NCBI GenBank assembly: GCA_028288925.1
Contig: JAQGHG010000012.1
Location: forward strand, 77,762-141,761
Reading direction: 5' to 3'
From: Patescibacteria group bacterium
Lineage (GTDB): Bacteria > Patescibacteriota > Saccharimonadia > UBA4664
Length of the DNA stretch: 64,000 nucleotides
The notes under the pieces are model-generated. The model ran no database searches. It saw only the letters and a program-made list of their open reading frames with translations, and was not told the DNA's origin. Of the stretch, positions 38,890 to 48,299 are shown piece after piece (within the stretch, counting starts at the first letter, position 1; every line of letters starts with the position of its first letter). The translations under genes and the position numbers were made by a program.

Positions 38890-40773
38890 ATGACAGCTAG
38901 TGAAATCCGTTCCGCCTATCTCAAATTCTTCGCCGACCGTGGCCACGCCATTATTCCGCGCGCCAACATCGTGCCGCAAGAAGACGCCACCACACTCTTC
39001 ACCGGCTCGGGCATGCAGCCGATGATCCCGTACCTGCTCGGCGCCACCCACCCCGCCGGCGTCCGCCTGGCCGACAGCCAAGTCTGCTTCCGGGCCGAAG
39101 ACATCGACGAAGTCGGCGACAACCGCCACACCACCGCCTTCGAGATGCTCGGCAACTGGAGCCTGGGCGACTACTTTAAGGACGAGCAAATCCCCTGGAT
39201 GTGGGAATTCCTCACCGAAGTCGTTGGTCTCGATCCGCAAAAGCTCTACATCACCTGCTTCATCGGCGCGCCCGAGTACGACGTACCCAAAGACACCGAA
39301 ACCACCAAGATCTGGCAGAAGCTTTTTAAGACCAAGGGTATCGACGCCCCGGCGGTCGACATCGGCTCCGAAGCTGACGGCTACGCCCGCGGCATCAAGC
39401 CCGGCGAGCGCATCTTCTATTACGACGGCAAGAAGAACTGGTGGAGCCGCAACGGCAGCCCCGAGACCACGCCCATCGGCGACCCCTGCGGCCCCGACTC
39501 CGAAATGTTCTACGACTTCGGCACCGAGCACGATCCCAAATGGGGCAAGCACTGCCACCCCAACTGCGACTGCGGGCGCTTTATGGAAATCGGCAACAAC
39601 GTCTTTATGGCCTACAAAAAGGTTGGCGAAGGCAAATTTGAGCCCTTGCCCAAACCCAACATCGACCACGGCTCCGGCCTGGAGCGCATCGCGGCGGCCG
39701 CCATCAACGACCCCGACTTCTTCAAAATCAGCCTGCACTACCCGGTAATCCAAAAGCTCGAAGCGCTTTCGGGCTTCAAATACGACCAAAACCCGGTCGC
39801 CATGCGCATCATCACCGACCACCTCAAGGCCGCCGTCTTCCTGGCCGTCGACGGTGTCGTGCCCAGCAATACCGCCCAAGGCTATGTGATGCGCCGCTTC
39901 CTTCGCCGCGCCATCCGCCAGGCCTTGGCGCTCGACCTGCGCGAAGACTTCCTGGAGCTCGTCGTGCCCGTCATTACCGAGCTCTACCGCGACGCTTTCC
40001 CCGAAGTCGCCGCCCGCGAAGAATCGATCATCCATGTATTAGTGAATGAAGAGAAACAATTCCGCAAAACCCTCGAACGCGGCGTGCGCGAATTCAACAA
40101 ACTCGCCGGCGACAAACTCACCGGTGAGACCGTCTTCATGCTCTTCGACACCTATGGCTTTCCACCCGAACTATCACTCGAAGAAGCGCATGACAAGCAC
40201 ATCAAAGTCGACCCCGACTGGCGCAAAGATTTCGATCACCTCCTCAAAGAGCAAAAAGACCGCTCCCGCACCGCCACCGTCGGGCAGTTCAAGGGCGGGC
40301 TAGCCGATCACAGCGATATCAGCGTCAAATATCACACCGCCACCCACCTCATGTACAAGGCCCTGCGCCTCGTTCTGGGCGATCACGTCATCCAGCGCGG
40401 CTCAAATATTACGCCTGAGCGCTTGCGTTTCGACTTCTCTCATCCCGAAAAAATGACCCCCGAGCAAATCAAGCACGTCGAAGATCTCGTTAACGAAAAT
40501 ATCGCCAAAGACTGGCCCATGGGCTTCCGCGAAATCCCCACCGAGCAGGCCTTCAAAGAAGGCGCGCTGGGCGCGTTCGGCGATAAATACGGCGACACCG
40601 TCAAAGTCTACACCGCCGGCGATCCGGAAGGGGAGTGGTATTCCAAGGAAATCTGCGGCGGCCCGCACGTGGAGCATACCAGCGCCCTGGCCGAAGACGG
40701 CAAGAAATTTAAGATCAAAAAAGAAGAATCCAGCTCGGCCGGCATCCGCCGTATCAAAGCCATACTCGGATAG
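38890..40773 (+). CDS. alaS: Alanyl-tRNA synthetase (short form lacking C-Ala)
   Basis: LFTGSGMQP, FEMLGNWS, GSGLER, editing HTATH and EICGGPHV, ends GIRRIKA; ATG 38890 chosen from -10 spacing. Confidence 0.95.
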   Translation: MTASEIRSAYLKFFADRGHAIIPRANIVPQEDATTLFTGSGMQPMIPYLLGATHPAGVRLADSQVCFRAEDIDEVGDNRHTTAFEMLGNWSLGDYFKDEQIPWMWEFLTEVVGLDPQKLYITCFIGAPEYDVPKDTETTKIWQKLFKTKGIDAPAVDIGSEADGYARGIKPGERIFYYDGKKNWWSRNGSPETTPIGDPCGPDSEMFYDFGTEHDPKWGKHCHPNCDCGRFMEIGNNVFMAYKKVGEGKFEPLPKPNIDHGSGLERIAAAAINDPDFFKISLHYPVIQKLEALSGFKYDQNPVAMRIITDHLKAAVFLAVDGVVPSNTAQGYVMRRFLRRAIRQALALDLREDFLELVVPVITELYRDAFPEVAAREESIIHVLVNEEKQFRKTLERGVREFNKLAGDKLTGETVFMLFDTYGFPPELSLEEAHDKHIKVDPDWRKDFDHLLKEQKDRSRTATVGQFKGGLADHSDISVKYHTATHLMYKALRLVLGDHVIQRGSNITPERLRFDFSHPEKMTPEQIKHVEDLVNENIAKDWPMGFREIPTEQAFKEGALGAFGDKYGDTVKVYTAGDPEGEWYSKEICGGPHVEHTSALAEDGKKFKIKKEESSSAGIRRIKAILG

Positions 40774-40778
40774 AAATC

Positions 40779-42704
40779 CTACAGCGCTACAACCGTCCGA
40801 ACCCCTAAGTTCTCCTGAGGATATTTCAGCCAACCCGGGTAGTCTGAAAGGTGCGCCCGCAGGTAGTGAAGGTTTCTCCCGTCCTTGTATGCGTTGTGGC
40901 CATAATTGGCCGCCATACCCAAAAAGCTCAGCCCTGTTCGGGAGCCGGGTAAAACCGAATAGTATTCGGAGTCAATCACACGGTTGTTCTCGTATAGGTT
41001 CTTTAGGGCAAGCATTATCCACGTATCGTAGTCCATGCCCGACTCGCCGGCGTGGGCTGGGTCGGCAGCAAGCTTCTTCAGTCGGTCATTAAGCCGTAAA
41101 CCCACCGGAAAAAGATACTTGTCACGCAAGATTAAGCCGGGTAACCCGCCGATTTTTACCGTGTAGTTATCTGGGCGAGCCTCGGCAAAGTCCTGAACTA
41201 ACACCACCTTCCAGCCTGGTATCGTTAGCTCGCCACTCTCCAGGGTCTCCTTTTTGGTTTTGGATGGCTTGCCAAAACCCGGGCTGTATTTAACGTCTGC
41301 GCGCACATCTGGTCCTCCCCAGCCTTCCGATGACTCCACCACGGGTTTACTCTTGTGGGGCTTCAACGGCTCGCCCTCATACGTCCGCGGGGGGTCAGTT
41401 TGAGCTCGCTCTTTCACAGCTGCGCCATATTTCTTCCATGATTCCTCCAGCGGCAAGCCAAACGGCACAAGCAGCAGGGTGTCAAAGCCTTGGCGAAGCT
41501 TGGTATCAAGCTCGCCATTACGATTAGCCGCCTCAACGGCACCGGCGACTTGTTCTTGGGTGGGCACCGGATACGACCGGGCGTCGACCCCCCGGTAGCC
41601 CAGCTCGCCTGAAGGCAAGTTCGTAACTAGGCCGGTCTCGCGTAGCAACGATATCTGCCCTTGATACTGCTCGCCTAGCCGCAGGTTTTCGGCCAGTTTT
41701 TTGGATTCATCGACCGGCTCAACGTGTTCAATCTTCGCCCATCTGGCCTCCTCGATGGCCGGGTCTTGTCGGGTGTCATACTTCCAGAGCTCCTGGTCGA
41801 GCTCAAGCTGTATGGCCGCCGCATCCCGTATGGTATGGCCCATTCTTTCGAACATTTTTATCGGATGGCGAAGAACGCCAAGCGCGCCATTGCCATACTG
41901 TTGTTCTAGCTGCCAATTATTGTAGCCAGTTTGGACGTTATGGATGTCGTTATGGGCCAAGGCCGTAATGCGGGCTCGCTCTTTGTCGTGCTCCAGTCCG
42001 TCCCAGCGCTGCTGCTCCGTCTTGGTACGACGAGGCCACCCTGAGTTGGGATTCTTTTCCTCATGCAGATTATCAAACAGCTCATCGCGTTCTTCGATCA
42101 GCTTCTGCTTGCTCCAGCCTAGCTTGTGGCCTTCAACGATCGCCCGTTTCATTGCGTCTCGCGCCTGCGCTACCTTGAGGGGATGGCCGGTTGCACCCGC
42201 CAAAAGCTCAGCGCTTTCCCTCAAGTGCTGTTGTACTATCTCCCCGCGCGAGTCAGAAAAATCGATCCTGCTTCCCTGATTGACAACATCCAAGAAGTGA
42301 CCTTGCAGAATATCGGCTTCATAACGCTTCATGCCGGCCTGTTCAGTGAGGTCCCGGGCTGCCTCCCGGGCTTTTTTAGCCTCTTTGTAGAACCGCCAGG
42401 TCTTCGGGCGAAACATGTTGCTATGGTTAGCCTCTACGATCAAATCCGTACTGCGCTGTATATGCTGCTTAATATCCTGGTATGCCGCCGCTGCCTCTGG
42501 GCCTCGCTGGGGGACCTCTTGGTCTAGGGCGGCCGATACAGCTGCCCGGGCGCTCACGATGTCCAGCGGTGTGTCCTCGATATCTGGTGGGGACGGCGGA
42601 GTGGCGCCACCATGATCCAATTGCTCAGCCTCTACTGGTCTAGGGCGAACTTCCGCATGCTCAAATGCCGGGTCCGGGGCAGGCTCAAAAGATTCCGACG
42701 ACAT
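40779..42704 (-). CDS. Large hypothetical protein (helical N-terminus, unassigned C-terminal domain)
   Basis: Long ORF with no competing + strand gene; probable start MSSESFEP. Confidence 0.7.
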   Translation of the reverse strand: MSSESFEPAPDPAFEHAEVRPRPVEAEQLDHGGATPPSPPDIEDTPLDIVSARAAVSAALDQEVPQRGPEAAAAYQDIKQHIQRSTDLIVEANHSNMFRPKTWRFYKEAKKAREAARDLTEQAGMKRYEADILQGHFLDVVNQGSRIDFSDSRGEIVQQHLRESAELLAGATGHPLKVAQARDAMKRAIVEGHKLGWSKQKLIEERDELFDNLHEEKNPNSGWPRRTKTEQQRWDGLEHDKERARITALAHNDIHNVQTGYNNWQLEQQYGNGALGVLRHPIKMFERMGHTIRDAAAIQLELDQELWKYDTRQDPAIEEARWAKIEHVEPVDESKKLAENLRLGEQYQGQISLLRETGLVTNLPSGELGYRGVDARSYPVPTQEQVAGAVEAANRNGELDTKLRQGFDTLLLVPFGLPLEESWKKYGAAVKERAQTDPPRTYEGEPLKPHKSKPVVESSEGWGGPDVRADVKYSPGFGKPSKTKKETLESGELTIPGWKVVLVQDFAEARPDNYTVKIGGLPGLILRDKYLFPVGLRLNDRLKKLAADPAHAGESGMDYDTWIMLALKNLYENNRVIDSEYYSVLPGSRTGLSFLGMAANYGHNAYKDGRNLHYLRAHLSDYPGWLKYPQENLGVRTVVAL

Positions 42705-42860
42705 AAAAACTCCGAGATATAGTTGACAACATCTTAGCAGAAATGCCAAAAGACCGCCTCCCAAAGCAGCGGAAGTGTCCACGATGTTGTAATCAATACG
42801 TTTCCCCGCCAAGCATAAGTTTGATACAATAAACGCACCTAAGTGGTGGAGAAGAAGCTT

Positions 42861-43409
42861 ATGGTAAGAAGTAAGGTCATATCCGTGACCCGAGAGCTTA
42901 TACCTGTATTTATGGTAGCCGTTGGTGTAGCGCTGGTGAGCACGCTAGCCGGTTCAGTATTTGACCGTGTGCACCAAGTCGACGCCGAAGCTCTCGTGCG
43001 CGATACAGTTGCTGCCCGTCCGGCCGGCGACCAACAAACGCTTGTCGTACCAGAATGGGGCGTCCAGGCCACCATCCCGCTCGCGGCCGAGATGCCGCTG
43101 CTCAGCTACTCGGCCCATGGCCAGTCCAGCATTGGGCTTTCATCGGCCGGCCTCGTGTCGTATGGCCCGCTCTGTAGCGCGGCCCGCAACGCACTTGGCG
43201 TTCTCGTGCGCTACCCCCTCGGTGGTTTTGACCAGCGGTCCGAAGGCGCGGTAATGCAATACTTCCTCGCCCAAGTGGGCCAATTCGAGTACGCCTACCA
43301 ATTGCCCCAAACCTCTTGCCTGCAGGCCGATCCCCACCGCCCGCTCATCAACCAGCAGACTTCGGTTTTGCGCGAGGCTCTGGGCACCCTCTCTGCCATC
43401 CAGCCATAA
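42861..43409 (+). CDS. Membrane-anchored protein, paralog of next gene
   Basis: TM then WGV...C...LGVLVR.P...Y.Y...C pattern. Confidence 0.65.
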   Translation: MVRSKVISVTRELIPVFMVAVGVALVSTLAGSVFDRVHQVDAEALVRDTVAARPAGDQQTLVVPEWGVQATIPLAAEMPLLSYSAHGQSSIGLSSAGLVSYGPLCSAARNALGVLVRYPLGGFDQRSEGAVMQYFLAQVGQFEYAYQLPQTSCLQADPHRPLINQQTSVLREALGTLSAIQP

Positions 43410-43427
43410 GTTTGATATACTTTTGAT

Positions 43428-44045
43428 ATGTCACAGCGGGGTTTTATTCGGTTGCCAATTCTCATCGCCATAGTACTCGGGCTAGGGTTCGGCGCCTCAG
43501 GCTATCTTAATTACTCTCAGCATCAGCGGGCCGAGCAAGACAAAAAGCTGCTCCAAGGGCAGATTACTGACCTGCGCTACCAGCTTAAGCAAGATCAACA
43601 GGCCGTCGGCAGTCCCAGCCCTTCGCCCAGTGGCAGCGTGGAACCCGCCCCTACGCCGTCACCCAGCCCATCACCGGCCGTGGCAGGTACCGCCAGCGTG
43701 GCGATTAGCCAGTTTGGGGTCAGACTCACCGCCACTGACCCTCTGCTCGATCTCACCTATGCCCCCATACAATCTGCCGGGCTAACAGTGGCCGGTTTTA
43801 CCACTGAGAGCTTGTTGGCCAAATATCCCAGCTGTAAGCCGGGCGCCCTCGGGGCATTGGTAAGGCGTCCCCAAAGCCAAAAAGCCCCTTCATGGAACAA
43901 ACTTGTGAAAACACTTGGCAGCTACAGTTACTACTACTCAGCCGCTTCGGCTTCCGATTGCACCAACGATCAGGCCGGCCACAACACCTATGCCGCGGCC
44001 AAGGCGGCCCTCGCCAACGGCGTATTGCCAACGCTATCAAACTAA
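43428..44045 (+). CDS. Membrane-anchored protein with coiled coil, Pro/Ser linker and two-Cys domain
   Basis: QRGF N-terminus, TM, (SP)n, FGV...C...LGALVR.P. Confidence 0.7.
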   Translation: MSQRGFIRLPILIAIVLGLGFGASGYLNYSQHQRAEQDKKLLQGQITDLRYQLKQDQQAVGSPSPSPSGSVEPAPTPSPSPSPAVAGTASVAISQFGVRLTATDPLLDLTYAPIQSAGLTVAGFTTESLLAKYPSCKPGALGALVRRPQSQKAPSWNKLVKTLGSYSYYYSAASASDCTNDQAGHNTYAAAKAALANGVLPTLSN

Positions 44046-44063
44046 TACTCCAAGGAGATTTCC

Positions 44064-44348
44064 GTGCGTAATTCCGGCCAAAAACTTATTTATATGCTCT
44101 GGGGCGTAATCACGGTATTGGTGGTCGGCGGAGGAATCATCGCCTTTATGCTCCTGCACAAAGCCGACGAGCTCGACCAAACCAACAACCAGCTGACCGG
44201 CAGTAATTCCAGCCTGCGCGAGCAACTCCGCCAAGCCAAGGCCTCGCCAACCCCCAGACCCACACCTACGCCCGACTACAGCGCCTCGGCCACACCTACG
44301 CCCAGCCCGGCGGCTACCGCGACACCAAAACCACCAACTAGCCGCTAG
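44064..44348 (+). CDS. Small TM + coiled-coil + Pro/Thr-tail protein
   Basis: GGAG SD, GTG start, TM, (TP)n. Confidence 0.65.
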   Translation: MRNSGQKLIYMLWGVITVLVVGGGIIAFMLLHKADELDQTNNQLTGSNSSLREQLRQAKASPTPRPTPTPDYSASATPTPSPAATATPKPPTSR

Positions 44349-44389
44349 CCGGGTTTGTCATCGGGCGGCAGGAACAACCTTCCATACGT

Positions 44390-44470
44390 CTATATATCGG
44401 CAAACGACATATACTACAAATTTTCTGAGCCCGACCTTTACGATCCTATATATCGTTTGACGACATATAG
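44390..44470. repeat. Pair of 25-bp imperfect palindromes (REP-like or operator)
   Basis: CTATATATCGGCAAACGACATATAC (44390) and CTATATATCGTTTGACGACATATAG (44446). Confidence 0.65.
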
Positions 44471-44573
44471 CCGGGTGAGCGAGTCGCCACCCTCAGTCGA
44501 ACCGCCCATTCCCGTTTGGAGCCAGCGAGCATAAGCGCTACAATCAGACAGAAGGTTAAGAAATCTACCAATC

Positions 44574-45860
44574 GTGAAATTACTCGAAAAATTTGTGAAA
44601 ATCCGGGACAAAGCCCAGGCTCCGCGCTACCTGGTGGCGCTTGATATTGGCACCGAATTCGTCAAAGCTCTCATCGGCGAGATCAAAGTAGATCCGGCCT
44701 CAGGCGCGCCCTCCAAGGTCGAAATCCTCGGCGTCGGCCGCCAGCGCCAGCGCCTTTCGGATATGCAATCCGGCGCCGTCACCGACATTACCGGCGTGGT
44801 CGAAAACTGCGACGCCGCCCTCAAGATGGCCGAAAAGATGTCCGGCGTAGTGGCCAAAGACGTCGTTATCGGCATCGCCGGCGAGCTGGTCAAGGGCGCC
44901 AGTACCATCGTCCGCTACAAGCGCGCCGATCCCAGCGACCCCATCGACATGCCCGAGCTGCGCAAAATCCTCGACCGCGTCCAATACCGAGCCTTCGAGC
45001 GCGCCCGCGAGCAGCTCACCTGGGAGACCGGCTACAAGGAACTCGAGGTCAAGCTCGTCAACACCGCCATCGTCGACGTCCAGATCGACGGCTACCGCGT
45101 CACCAACCCCGTCGGCTTCCAAGGGCGCGATGTCTCAATCCAGCTCTTCAACGCCTTCGCGCCCATGGTTCACCTCGGCGCGCTGCAGTCGGTGGCCCGG
45201 GACCTCGACCTCAACCTTATCAATATCGCCGCTGAACCCTTCGCTGTCGCCAAATCCGTGGGCGGTCAAGATTCCGGCGAATTCTCGGCCATCTTCATCG
45301 ACATTGGCGGCGGCACCACCGACATCGCGCTCGTCAACAACGGGGGAGTCGAAGGCACCAAAATGTTTGCCATCGGCGGCCGCAGCTTCACCAAACGCAT
45401 CGCCCAGGTCGCCAACACCAGCTTCGAAAAAGCCGAAGAAATGAAGATTGCCTACAGCGCCGGCAAACTCGGCCCCCGCGCCAAGAAAGTCGTCGAAGAA
45501 GCCGTCAACGCCGACATCCAAGTGTGGCTCTCCGGCGTCGAGCTCAGCCTAGCCGAATTCGACCGCGTCGACCACCTGCCGGCCAAAATCCTGCTCTGCG
45601 GCGGCGGCACCGGTCTTCCTCAGATCATGGATGCCCTCAAGGGCAAAGAATGGTACAAAAACCTGGCCTTTGCCCGCAAACCCGTCGTCAACCACATTAG
45701 CCCCACCGAAGTAAACCGCGTCTTCGACAAAACCGGCAAGCTCACCAGCTTTGCCGACATCACCCCCATGGGCCTAGCCAACATTGGCCTCGACCAAGCC
45801 GGCGGCGAAACCACAACCGACACCCTTGTCCGCAAGCTCGCCCGCGCCATCTCGGCATAA
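44574..45860 (+). CDS. FtsA-like actin-fold ATPase
   Basis: ALDIGTE, IDIGGGTTD, GGRSFT, AEEMK, LCGGG. Confidence 0.85.
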   Translation: MKLLEKFVKIRDKAQAPRYLVALDIGTEFVKALIGEIKVDPASGAPSKVEILGVGRQRQRLSDMQSGAVTDITGVVENCDAALKMAEKMSGVVAKDVVIGIAGELVKGASTIVRYKRADPSDPIDMPELRKILDRVQYRAFERAREQLTWETGYKELEVKLVNTAIVDVQIDGYRVTNPVGFQGRDVSIQLFNAFAPMVHLGALQSVARDLDLNLINIAAEPFAVAKSVGGQDSGEFSAIFIDIGGGTTDIALVNNGGVEGTKMFAIGGRSFTKRIAQVANTSFEKAEEMKIAYSAGKLGPRAKKVVEEAVNADIQVWLSGVELSLAEFDRVDHLPAKILLCGGGTGLPQIMDALKGKEWYKNLAFARKPVVNHISPTEVNRVFDKTGKLTSFADITPMGLANIGLDQAGGETTTDTLVRKLARAISA

Positions 45861-45934
45861 GTATTGACTTCTATAGCATTTCATGCTTAAATAATTAAAT
45901 GTAGCTTCACAACACGCGACCACAGGGAGGTCAC

Positions 45935-46624
45935 ATGTCAGAATGGTGGCAGCGGATTGCCGCATGTCAGGTCCCTGTTGCTCGACAGATCGAGCAACTC
46001 CATGAGCTCAACGCCGGCGTCTGGAAAGGTGCCATCCCCAAGGAGTGGTTCGGCGCCGCGCTCACGCCCCCGAACGAGCTCGAGACGGGCCAGATCTGGG
46101 TCGTCTACGTCGAATTCGGGACCCCCGAAGATACCTACGACCGTTGGCGCCAGGCCCTTGAGGCGCGGTTCCCACATTACTTCTGTCGTCTCCTCGCCCG
46201 CCAGGTGCGGCTTGCTCCGACCGCCCGCCGGTACAACCCAGGCATCCACCTGGTCTGTCTGGACCCTCGGACGAGTCCTGAGTGCGAAACCTTCGAGGAA
46301 GTCTGCGCCGAGGCGAAAGGTGACGGCACGGTCCTGGCCGCCGCCGAAGGCCTGTGCGCCTACGCGCTACTGGGAGACCAGTATGCGAAGGTAGTGCCTC
46401 AGGCGAATCTCGCCGGGTACCAGGCGACGGTCGACGCCCGAGATGGGAACGTTCCCTTCCATTTGCTACCGGTCGTCGACTACGACCATGGTCTCGACTG
46501 GACCGGCTCCAACGAAACCCTCAGGTCGACACCTCAGCCACACAGGACCTTCTCCATCACTCCGCGGTGGGCCTTCAACAAGGAAGCCCATGGGGCCCCG
46601 ACGCCGGTGATCATCACCCCCTAG
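45935..46624 (+). CDS. Hypothetical protein (accessory)
   Basis: GGGAGG SD, upstream TTGACT, downstream hairpin. Confidence 0.65.
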   Translation: MSEWWQRIAACQVPVARQIEQLHELNAGVWKGAIPKEWFGAALTPPNELETGQIWVVYVEFGTPEDTYDRWRQALEARFPHYFCRLLARQVRLAPTARRYNPGIHLVCLDPRTSPECETFEEVCAEAKGDGTVLAAAEGLCAYALLGDQYAKVVPQANLAGYQATVDARDGNVPFHLLPVVDYDHGLDWTGSNETLRSTPQPHRTFSITPRWAFNKEAHGAPTPVIITP

Positions 46625-46632
46625 TCCCTCAC

Positions 46633-46686
46633 GGGGCACGAAGCAGGGGTTGCGAAAGCAACGCCAGGCCTTCGTGCCCCTTCTTC
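46633..46686 (+). terminator. Terminator-like compound hairpin
   Basis: GGGGCACGAAG...GTTGC-GAAA-GCAAC...CTTCGTGCCCC then TTCTT. Confidence 0.55.
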
Positions 46687-46825
46687 GTGCGTATTCTTAT
46701 ATAAACGAAAATGACGCCGTTGGCCTATCCTGATGCCTCAAGCCTAGCTTGAGATCTCGGGGTAGGCTCGGCCCGGCACATGAGCGCCGGGCCGAGAACG
46801 GGTGAGGGCAGCCGCCGGCCGGTTC

Positions 46826-47737
46826 CTACCAGATGATGACCGGCCACAGCTGGATGACCAGGACCACGGAGTAGAAGCCGCAGGCGGTGATGATGCGCGT
46901 TATCCTCAGGGTGAAGATGACGCTGTGCGCTTCTTCCGGTGACCGCCCGGCCCTTACCTGACGGCAGTACAGCGCCAGCATCATCCGCTGGCTTGGCACG
47001 GCCGTGAGGAGCGTGAGGAAGGGGAAAAACACCCGCGTCTGCAGCCAGAGGCTGTAGATCACGCTGGCGCGCCAGCGCTGGCGGCCGGTCCAGCTCTCTG
47101 ACCCCGCGATGAAGGCGAGGATGGTCATGGCGGCCTTATCGACGCCTCCAACGTGCGATCCGTCGCGCGAGCCAGCACGGCGATGGCGACAGATCAGCCA
47201 GACTGCGAGGATGGTCATGGCTGCTGCGGCGCCGAACTGCCAAGGCAGCCGGTGTCCAATCTGGACCGCGATGTAGAGCGGCCCCAAGGCCACTTCGTGG
47301 CCGACAGCCCATAGCAGCAGCCAGTACGGCAGGGATGTCATCAGGAACAGGCCGGTTCCCGCGCCCCACCAGCGCCAAGCGTTGAGCTGATGGAGCTGAA
47401 GGCTGTAGGCTCCATCGGGTGCGGGCGGCAGGTACCGAGCCAGCCATGAGCCGACTACAACCTTCCGGGCGTTCATCGCCGTCAGATGAGACGTGGCATA
47501 CAGCCGGATCGATGTGATGGCGCGCCAAGCAAAGAAGGCGCACAGGATCGCAGCCGTAGCTGCGATGGCCATGTGAAAGCCAATTCTGGCCCACGGCGGC
47601 GCAGCCGCCACATGCGGTATCCAGTCGAAGCGTCCGGTTGAAACCTCGGCCGTTCGCCACACCTGATAGACGACCGCCACGAAGAGTACGAAGGCCAACA
47701 GAGCGAAGCAGCGGTTAATCGTCAATGATCGCGTCAC
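46826..47737 (-). CDS. Polytopic membrane hypothetical protein
   Basis: GTG start with AAGGAG SD and TTGACT-17-CACAAT promoter (about 47789-47817); several TM segments. Confidence 0.65.
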   Translation of the reverse strand: MTRSLTINRCFALLAFVLFVAVVYQVWRTAEVSTGRFDWIPHVAAAPPWARIGFHMAIAATAAILCAFFAWRAITSIRLYATSHLTAMNARKVVVGSWLARYLPPAPDGAYSLQLHQLNAWRWWGAGTGLFLMTSLPYWLLLWAVGHEVALGPLYIAVQIGHRLPWQFGAAAAMTILAVWLICRHRRAGSRDGSHVGGVDKAAMTILAFIAGSESWTGRQRWRASVIYSLWLQTRVFFPFLTLLTAVPSQRMMLALYCRQVRAGRSPEEAHSVIFTLRITRIITACGFYSVVLVIQLWPVIIW

Positions 47738-47826
47738 GGTTGACTCCTTCGAGCCGGGGGTAGGGAGACAGGTCAAGGAACGCAGTACATTGTGCCACCG
47801 TCCAAGCGAATAGTCAATAACTCCCA

Positions 47827-47858
47827 AAAGCCCCCGGCCGCAATAGGCTGGGGGCTTT
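47827..47858. terminator. Terminator-like hairpin
   Basis: AAAGCCCCCGGCC...GGCTGGGGGCTTT. Confidence 0.6.
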
Positions 47859-47866
47859 GATGCATT

Positions 47867-48260
47867 AAACAAGAAGAAGGGGGTGGGCAAGCGGAAAACC
47901 GCTGCCCACCCCCAGAATTGGGGTACCTTGCTTACGCAGAGTGTTGGATCCTGCGCCCAACTGCGTTTCGCTGGATTTATCCCCTTTGCCCACCGGACCA
48001 GGTTGCCCGGCGGACGTGGCATAGAACTCTCCGAGAAAAAAACGGAGAGCGACGTATGTGCCACAACAACACGTCGTTACTCATTACAAGACGGAGAATG
48101 AACCTCGAACGAGGGTAGCATCTCCGCGGCCGCATGGCGGCCTGTGGTGACGGTAGAACCGTCATAGGACGCGCCCGATGGGCGACTTAGGCTGCCTGTG
48201 GCAGCCAGCTCGACCTAATAGTCGGCCTCTCTTAACAGAGCAGGCCGCATTGTCGAGGCA
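47867..48260 (-). ncRNA. Candidate ~390-nt structured non-coding RNA, family unassigned
   Basis: Consensus promoter upstream, at least 10 consecutive stems, possible pseudoknot, GC-rich terminator with U-rich tail; no credible ORF. Confidence 0.55.
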
Positions 48261-48265
48261 ACAAC

Positions 48266-48294
48266 ATAGTAGCACATAAGCGCTATAATGTCAA
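48266..48294 (-). promoter_or_regulatory. Sigma70 promoter driving the candidate ncRNA
   Basis: Minus strand TTGACA-17 nt (ending TGC)-TACTAT. Confidence 0.75.
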
Positions 48295-48299
48295 TGTCT

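Noticed and set aside
47867-48260. RNase P RNA, tmRNA, or an N-terminal extension of the 46826 ORF to 48064
   Set aside because: No GAGGAAAGUCC P4 motif and no tRNA-like CCA end; the ORF extension crosses two terminators and a promoter, and a better SD-led start exists at 47737.
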